The notes under the pieces were generated by a model. The model was not told the origin of the DNA. It saw only the letters and a program-made list of their open reading frames with translations, and did no database searches. Source: Candidatus Krumholzibacteriia bacterium (GTDB lineage Bacteria > Krumholzibacteriota > Krumholzibacteriia > JAJRXK01). Taken from it: 64,000 nucleotides of DNA. Positions 58,238 through 64,000 of the stretch are shown in pieces. The translations under genes and the position numbers were made by a program. The DNA is taken from NCBI GenBank assembly GCA_041484665.1, contig JBGPIA010000004.1:96001-160000 (forward strand), in the 5' to 3' direction. Position 1 is the stretch's first letter, and every line of letters begins with the position of its first letter.

Positions 58238-59161
58238 TTACAGCGCCACCTCGCGGCCCAGGAAGAAGCCCTCCTCGCCCTGTGCCTGATACAGGGGCAA
58301 GAGCAGCACCCCATCCAGAGGTGCGCGCACCTCGCCGGTGCGATCGTGCGCCAGGAGCTGGCCGCGGCGGACGCGCTCGATGTTGGAGAACCCCGGCTCC
58401 ATGCGGAACGCGTCCTGCGGAGCGATGGCGTAGCGGGCGTGGACCTCGATCAGGCGCGGCCGCCCGGCGCGGGCTTGCTCGAGCAGGGCCTGATGGCGAG
58501 GCAGGTCCTCTACCAGCTGCGGCTCGAGCAGGCCAGCGACCGTGGCGGCGGCCCACAGCACGGCCTCGTGCCGATCCACGGAATCCGGGCTCTCGTTCTG
58601 CCCCGCCTCCACTCCCAGGCACGTGCAGCCCCGGCGGCGCATGGACTCCAGCAGCACACCGTGCACCTGCTCCAGCAGGCCGACGATCACCGTCAGCGGC
58701 AGGCGCAGGGCGAGGTCGTCCGGACGCGCCGCCCGGGCGATCATCGAGAACGGGATCCCATCGGCAGAGGTGGTGTGCAGGTCGAGGAAGGTCACCGGTC
58801 CGCGGGCCCCCTCCAGAGCCACGTCGAGCTCGGTGAGCAGCTCGGCCTGCTCGTGCTCCTCCGGCACAGCGTCCGCGGCCAGGGACCGCGCTCGCAGCCG
58901 GTGCAGCTGGGCGTCGGTCCAGCGGCGGTTGAGGTCCTCGTGGAGGTAGCGGCGCCCCTGCGCCAGCGCGCGCACGTTGCCGCGCAACGCCAGGAAGTCG
59001 CCCTGCATACGGCCAGCCAGCTCCGCCAGGCGGGGCTGCACGCGCTCGGCCGCGCGCACGCCCGCGGGCTCGTTGCCGTGGATGCCGGCGACCACCAGGA
59101 GCAGCGGGCCGGGCTGCGCGCCGCGCACGCGGCCGATCACGCGGGCAGGCTCCCCTGCCAC
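58238..59161 (-). CDS. Succinylglutamate desuccinylase/aspartoacylase (M14-like) family protein
   Basis: GIHGNE, GN..A....RY...DLNR, DLHTTS, EAGQ. Confidence 0.9.
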   Translation of the reverse strand: MAGEPARVIGRVRGAQPGPLLLVVAGIHGNEPAGVRAAERVQPRLAELAGRMQGDFLALRGNVRALAQGRRYLHEDLNRRWTDAQLHRLRARSLAADAVPEEHEQAELLTELDVALEGARGPVTFLDLHTTSADGIPFSMIARAARPDDLALRLPLTVIVGLLEQVHGVLLESMRRRGCTCLGVEAGQNESPDSVDRHEAVLWAAATVAGLLEPQLVEDLPRHQALLEQARAGRPRLIEVHARYAIAPQDAFRMEPGFSNIERVRRGQLLAHDRTGEVRAPLDGVLLLPLYQAQGEEGFFLGREVAL

Positions 59162-59162
59162 G

Positions 59163-61082
59163 TCAGTCCTGCTCCCGCAGCTTCTGCTCGAGGAGCTCGC
59201 GGGCGATGTCCATGAAGTCGTCCTCGGTGACGATCCCCACCAGGCGCCCGTCGTGCACCACCGGCAAGCAGCCGATGCGGTGTTTGCGCAACAACGCGAT
59301 CGCCTCCAGGGTCGGCGTGTCGGGAGTGACCGTGATGAGGTCGCGCTTCATGACCTCGGCCACCGCAAGCGATGTGCCGTCCGCTGCGTGGCGGTCGTGC
59401 GCCAGGACGCGCAGCACGTGGCGGTACGACATCAGACCCACCAGCCGGTGCTCATGGTCCTCCACGGGGATGTGGCGGATGCGTTCCCACTCCATCAGGT
59501 TCGCCGCCAGGTCGATGGGCTCGTCCTCGCGCACGGTGTACAGATCGGTGGTCATGAACTGCTCGACGGTACAGTAGTTGTGCTGCCAGCCGCCTGCCTC
59601 CTCCAGACGCGCCGGCTCCCACTCGGCCACCGACTGCCCCGCCTTCTGCCGCGCGATCGTGGCGGCGGTCAAGGCGTTCAGGCGCTCGCCGAGCGTGCCT
59701 TGGTCTTTCATGGTGGCCAGCGAGTGCATGAGCCAGCGCGAGCCCGACTTGCCCCGGCGGACGCGTCGCTCGATCACCTCCAGGTAGCGTCGGACATCCT
59801 CGCCGTCGATCCCGCGGCGTTCCAGCGCCTCCTCGCACTGGGGTAGCAAGTGGTCGAGGATCAGGTGGCTGACCGGCAGCTCCTTGCCCTCCAGCCAGGT
59901 CATCTGCGCGCTGAGGCCCTGGCGCGCCGCGGCCACGAAGTTCATCTGGGCGTGCTCGAACTCCATCACTGCGGTGATGTCCGGGTAGCGGTCCGAGAGG
60001 GCGCTCATCATGCCGTACCAGAAAGTGGCGTTGGCCAGCTCGTCCACGACGCTGGGGCCGGCGGGCATCACCCGATTCTCGATGCGCAGGTGCGGCTTGC
60101 CGTCCAGGATGCCGTAGCACGGACGGTTCCAGCGATAGACCGTTCCGTTGTGCAGCCGCAGCGCTTTCAGCTCCGGCGCGATGCCCCGGTTCAGCTTGAT
60201 GAAGGGATCCTCATCCGGCTCGGTGCCGATCAGCGTGCGGAAGCGCGCAACGTCCTCGCGGTAGAGCTCCAGCACCGACTCGCGCACCCAGCGGCTGCCG
60301 AACGTCACGCGCGGGCTGCTCTCGCGCATGTGGAGGCTGGTGGTGCGCGTGTCCACGGCCTGTTGGAACAATGCGATGCGCGTCTCGGCCCACAGCCGCT
60401 TGCCGAACAGGAGCGGCGAGTTGGTCGCCACGGCCAAGACCGGCGCGGTCGCCACCTGGGCGACGTTGTACAGGTTTGCGAACTCGTGGGCGGCCACCTG
60501 GAAGTGGAGCTGGAAACTGGTGTTGGCCGCCTCGACCATTGCGGAGTCGTGGCGCAGCAATAACTCGTCGATTCCCTTGATGTGGAACTCGTAGTTGCTA
60601 CCGCGCAGCTTGGTGAGGGCGTCGTTGATGGCCTGGTAGCGCGGCTTGGGGGTCATGTTGTCCAGCGTGAGGTCCGACTTGCGGATCGTGGGCAGGATGC
60701 CCGTCAGGGCGATCTCCAGGCCGATCGCCTGGGCGGCCGCGCGCGCCTTGGCGATGAACCCGTCCAGCTGGCGCTCCATGCGGCGGAGGCAGTCGCCGCC
60801 GAACACGCTGGGATCAATGTTGACCTCCAGGTTGAAGAGCCCGAACTCGGTGACGAAGTGCGGGTCGTCGAGCTGCTCGAGCATCTGGAGGGCGGCCGGT
60901 GCAGGTCGCCAGCCGCGGTCGACCAGGAACATCTCCTGCTCGGCGCCGATGCGCCGCACCCCCGACTCGATCATGCCGTCGCGGATCATCTGCTCCAGCG
61001 CGCGCAGCTCGTTGAGCAGGCGGCGCATGAATTGGCGCCGGCCCTCGCCCTCGAACCGGGTGTCGACCTCTTGGGGTTTCAT
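59163..61082 (-). CDS. Glutamate-cysteine ligase (GCS2-like) carboxylate-amine ligase fused to a CBS pair
   Basis: IGAEQE, TEFGLFNLE, GILPT, EAANTSFQLH, NSPLLFG, HNGTVYRWNR, HLRIENR; C-terminal CBS domains (VEQFMT...IRHIPV; VAEVMK...IGCLPVV). Confidence 0.9.
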   Translation of the reverse strand: MKPQEVDTRFEGEGRRQFMRRLLNELRALEQMIRDGMIESGVRRIGAEQEMFLVDRGWRPAPAALQMLEQLDDPHFVTEFGLFNLEVNIDPSVFGGDCLRRMERQLDGFIAKARAAAQAIGLEIALTGILPTIRKSDLTLDNMTPKPRYQAINDALTKLRGSNYEFHIKGIDELLLRHDSAMVEAANTSFQLHFQVAAHEFANLYNVAQVATAPVLAVATNSPLLFGKRLWAETRIALFQQAVDTRTTSLHMRESSPRVTFGSRWVRESVLELYREDVARFRTLIGTEPDEDPFIKLNRGIAPELKALRLHNGTVYRWNRPCYGILDGKPHLRIENRVMPAGPSVVDELANATFWYGMMSALSDRYPDITAVMEFEHAQMNFVAAARQGLSAQMTWLEGKELPVSHLILDHLLPQCEEALERRGIDGEDVRRYLEVIERRVRRGKSGSRWLMHSLATMKDQGTLGERLNALTAATIARQKAGQSVAEWEPARLEEAGGWQHNYCTVEQFMTTDLYTVREDEPIDLAANLMEWERIRHIPVEDHEHRLVGLMSYRHVLRVLAHDRHAADGTSLAVAEVMKRDLITVTPDTPTLEAIALLRKHRIGCLPVVHDGRLVGIVTEDDFMDIARELLEQKLREQD

Positions 61083-61127
61083 GCGGGGGACTCGCGTGGG
61101 GGGGACGCGGCATCCTATTGAAAATCA

Positions 61128-61156
61128 ATCGTATACGCCGGGCGCGGAAGGTTCAA
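61128..61156 (-). promoter_or_regulatory. Candidate sigma70 promoter for the GCS2-CBS/deacylase genes
   Basis: Minus strand TTGAAC-N17-TACGAT. Confidence 0.6.
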
Positions 61157-61301
61157 GAGCGGAGAGTCGCAGAGCGTGCCAGGCCCTGCACGCAAGCTCT
61201 GCGCGCCGGCGCAGGCCAGCGCCGGTGCGGGCAGGTGCGGACAGGTGCGGGCCGACGCGCGCCGAGCCGGCCGGTGCGGGCAGGTGGGCCGCGCCGCGCG
61301 T

Positions 61302-62036
61302 TCAGGCGGGCGCGAGCTCCTCCAGGTATTGCGGCAGCATCCGTCGCCAGGTGGGCCAGTCGTGGTGCCACTCGTCGCCCCAGGGGTCGACCCGGTTGGG
61401 GATGCCCTTGCGCCCGAGCTCGTTCGCCACGCGCCAGCTCTCCCCGATGTCCTCGGCGCGCCCCTGCCCCGACGCCAGCAGCACGAAGCGCGTGCGCAAT
61501 CTCTCCAGGTGGGCGCCGTCCACGTCCCTGAGGAAATGCAGCGGCGAAGCCTCGTAGTAGTCCTCGTTGTAGTCCTTCTGGAGCAGGAAGCGCTGCAGGT
61601 CGTAGGTGCCGCTCATGCAGAGCGCCTTGCTGAACACGTCGGGGAAGCGGCAAAGCACGGCCAGCGCATTGTAGGCGCCGATCGACGCCCCGGCCGCAAC
61701 CACCTCGATGCCCGCAGTGGCGCAGTCCATGCGGATGGCCGGCACCACCTCGTTGTAGATGAAGGAGTGGAACTGATTCTGAACCCAGGAGCGATGGCGG
61801 TCGCTGCCCTGACCCTCGATCCACGCCCGGCCGGCGACGCTGTCGCAGGAGTAGATCTTGACCCGGCCAGCCTCCAGCAGCGGCTGGCAGGCGTCGATCA
61901 TGTGGAAGCGCTCGATCTCCTCGGCGTCGCCGCCCGCGGTGGGGAAGAGCAGCACCGGCACGCCGAAGGTCCCCCAGCGTGCAACGGTGATCTCCTCTCC
62001 CAGGCGCTCCGAGCGCCAGCGCTCCACCTGTTTCAT
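61302..62036 (-). CDS. Alpha/beta-hydrolase putative esterase
   Basis: PVLLFPTAGG, GASIG nucleophile elbow, MSGTYD, HDWPTW. Confidence 0.88.
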   Translation of the reverse strand: MKQVERWRSERLGEEITVARWGTFGVPVLLFPTAGGDAEEIERFHMIDACQPLLEAGRVKIYSCDSVAGRAWIEGQGSDRHRSWVQNQFHSFIYNEVVPAIRMDCATAGIEVVAAGASIGAYNALAVLCRFPDVFSKALCMSGTYDLQRFLLQKDYNEDYYEASPLHFLRDVDGAHLERLRTRFVLLASGQGRAEDIGESWRVANELGRKGIPNRVDPWGDEWHHDWPTWRRMLPQYLEELAPA

Positions 62037-63409
62037 GCCGGCGCACCGCCCTGCGCGGCGCGCCCACCCGAGCCGCCCGGGCTGCGTCCCGGCCCGCGCG
62101 CCCCGCCGCCCCCCGCTGTCGCGCGGGCCGCCAGCGCCTGGGGTGACAGATCGGGCGCCGCGGTCGGCTCCGGCCCGGCGCTCGCGTCCTGGCGCCATTG
62201 CTGGATGCGGGCAAAGAACAGCTCGGTGAACCGCTCGACCTCGTGCGGCGGGAACAACGCCTCGACCTTCTGGCGCACCGCGTCCTTCGCGCGCTCGCTG
62301 CCGAAGAACTCCCACGCGACCTCGTCGAGGTGGCGCAGGTGCGTGGCGCAGAACTCCACGAACTGATCCTCCGTGTAACGCTCGCGGGCGATGGCCGCAT
62401 AGGCGCGCAGCCGCTCGCGCAGCGACAGCTCCTGCCGCGCGACGGCGTAGAACGGCTCCCAGTCGAGCGTCTTGCGCATGGGACGCTGGGTGGCGGCCGC
62501 GAACACCGACCAGCGGATGTAGGCGAGCACCAACCATGGGAAATGATAGTGCAGCGACGTCACCTGCGAGTCGGGACAGGCGTTGGCGAAGTCGATGGGA
62601 TGGAGGACGCCGTCGCGGCGCAAGGCCTCGCAGGAGTTGAAGTCCCAGCCGAAGAACGCGTTGATCGTAAGCGTCATGTCCCGCATCACGCCCAGGTCCT
62701 CGGCGGACATGAAGTCCCGGTCGATGGTGTAGCGGTCGTGGAGCGGGGCCGCTGCGTCGTAGCGGATCACCTTGGTCAATGGGCCCATGCCGATGCAGCG
62801 CACGAACAGGTCGAACGGCGTGACGGCCTGCTGCAGGTGCATCACGTACCTGCCGCTCTGCTCGTAGGCCGCGCGCAGGGCCAGCTCGTTGTCGATGCGG
62901 CTGACGCCCACCCAGCCCCCGCCGTCGTAGGGCTTCATGAACAGGGGGTACCCCAGCTGCGCGCCCAACTCGCCCAGGTCGAACAGCTTGGCGTAGCGGT
63001 GCAGCGTCGGGCCCAGGTCGTCCTTGGGCTCGTACTCCTTGGGCGGCACCATGGCCGTCTCGGGCACGGGCAGCCCCAGGGCCATCATGGCGCAGTAGGT
63101 GGAGTGCTTCTCCATGGCCTGGACGCTCCACGGATTGTTGAGCACGTAGAGCCCGTCCATGAGCACAGCCTTCTTGATCCATTCGCGGCTGGTATGGAAC
63201 CAGTGCGTGAGCCGGTCGATCACCAGGTCATACTTGCAGGGCTGCCGCAAGTTGAACGGCTCGATGGTGACGCGCTCGACGGCGAAGCGCACCGTATCGC
63301 CGCCCTGCGGCAGCGCCAGGTCCAGCCGCCGCATGATCTCCTCGTAGCAGAGGGGCCAGCAGATGTCGGCTCCCAGGGAGAGCCCGATCTGGCGGGTCAC
63401 CGTCGGCAT
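62033..63409 (-). CDS. ATP-grasp (RimK/glutathione synthetase-like) ligase
   Basis: VIDR..H, LNNP, LGLPVPET..VP.K, YPLFMKPYDGGGWVGV, FNSCE, IDFANACPD. Confidence 0.88.
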   Translation of the reverse strand: MPTVTRQIGLSLGADICWPLCYEEIMRRLDLALPQGGDTVRFAVERVTIEPFNLRQPCKYDLVIDRLTHWFHTSREWIKKAVLMDGLYVLNNPWSVQAMEKHSTYCAMMALGLPVPETAMVPPKEYEPKDDLGPTLHRYAKLFDLGELGAQLGYPLFMKPYDGGGWVGVSRIDNELALRAAYEQSGRYVMHLQQAVTPFDLFVRCIGMGPLTKVIRYDAAAPLHDRYTIDRDFMSAEDLGVMRDMTLTINAFFGWDFNSCEALRRDGVLHPIDFANACPDSQVTSLHYHFPWLVLAYIRWSVFAAATQRPMRKTLDWEPFYAVARQELSLRERLRAYAAIARERYTEDQFVEFCATHLRHLDEVAWEFFGSERAKDAVRQKVEALFPPHEVERFTELFFARIQQWRQDASAGPEPTAAPDLSPQALAARATAGGGGARGPGRSPGGSGGRAAQGGAPA

Positions 63410-63484
63410 ACGGTCCTTTCGCTGCAACGCTGGCAGCGGCGCTTGGAGCGCGCGGTGCGCGGTCCGGCCGCGCGGCGTGGCCCT

Positions 63485-64000
63485 CTATTCATACACCATC
63501 CACAGCGGGCCCGGGAATAGCCACGAGAGGCCCTCGCGGAGCCGATCGCGCCAATTCTCCCAGTTGTGGCCGTCGCGCGCCTCGACGTAACGCACCTGCA
63601 TACCGGTGGCCTGCAGGAGCGGAACCAGCGACCGGTTTTCGTAGATGAGTGACTCGTAGATGCCGCAGCTGACGAACAGGCGGTCCGCCACGTGTACCGG
63701 CTGGCTGCGGAACGCGTTCATGAACGAGACGATGGGGTCGAACAGCGGCCCACGCTGGTTGTGGCGGCCGATGTCCGTGAATGCGAACGACCCGGACTGC
63801 AGCAGCAGCCGCCCGTAGAAGCCGGGCGCGCCCCAGGCCGCATGCAGCGATGAGACGGCGCCAAAGCTCGCGCCCATCAGCCCGCGCCCCTCGGGCCGCG
63901 CCAGGAGCGGGAACCGCTTCTCCAGCTGCGGCACGAGCTCCTCGGTGAGGAAACGCGTGTGCCCAAGGTCGCCCACGTACTCGTTGAGGCGCTCGCGCGG
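63485..64000 (-). CDS. Enterochelin-esterase-like alpha/beta hydrolase (5' end beyond the window)
   Basis: EELVP, GLMGASFG, LQSGSF, DGHNWENWRD. Confidence 0.85.
   Translation of the reverse strand, partial: PRERLNEYVGDLGHTRFLTEELVPQLEKRFPLLARPEGRGLMGASFGAVSSLHAAWGAPGFYGRLLLQSGSFAFTDIGRHNQRGPLFDPIVSFMNAFRSQPVHVADRLFVSCGIYESLIYENRSLVPLLQATGMQVRYVEARDGHNWENWRDRLREGLSWLFPGPLWMVYE

Noticed and set aside
61302..63182. 626-aa ORF suggesting an ATP-grasp/esterase fusion
   Set aside because: The esterase starts at 62036 (ATGA overlap); the upstream portion is an off-frame read of the ATP-grasp gene.
1..64000. tRNA, rRNA, IS elements, prophage or horizontally acquired low-GC island
   Set aside because: None recognised; composition and codon style look uniform by eye. 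tRNAscan and cmscan were not run.

Overview
A very GC-rich, gene-dense chromosomal segment from a diderm (LPS-making) bacterium. Secreted proteins ending in FlgD/T9SS-like C-terminal domains, together with PorV/PorP-like barrels, suggest the FCB superphylum or a close candidate lineage (Eisenbacteria/Krumholzibacteria/Latescibacteria-like; this is inference). I saw no rRNA, tRNA, CRISPR array, transposase, integrase or phage genes. About 49 CDS are supported. (1) The best candidate for an undescribed system is a tightly coupled six-gene minus-strand operon (26385->14602). It encodes a secreted Ig/OB-fold repeat protein with a sorting CTD, a PorV/PorP-like barrel, an outer-membrane barrel fused to two ComEA-type helix-hairpin-helix modules, a second FadL/PorV-like barrel, a ComEC-type metallo-beta-lactamase lipoprotein and a 5'-nucleotidase. 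Together these read as an extracellular-DNA capture, import and degradation system. (2) A Rieske/cytochrome b6-type complex with an octaheme cytochrome c and a type-1-copper protein, preceded by a 4x[4Fe-4S] ferredoxin and a HEAT protein. (3) An esterase/ATP-grasp/esterase/GCS2-CBS/deacylase peptide-ligase cluster at the right edge. (4) A stand-alone Clp NBD2 ATPase that keeps an IGF ClpP-docking loop. (5) A ptsN/zinc-ribbon/bactofilin region and a TPR gene pair with candidate sigma54 promoters. (6) An ltaE pseudogene with an internal deletion and frameshift. Start codons were chosen by eye from RBS and homology, and no database searches were run.
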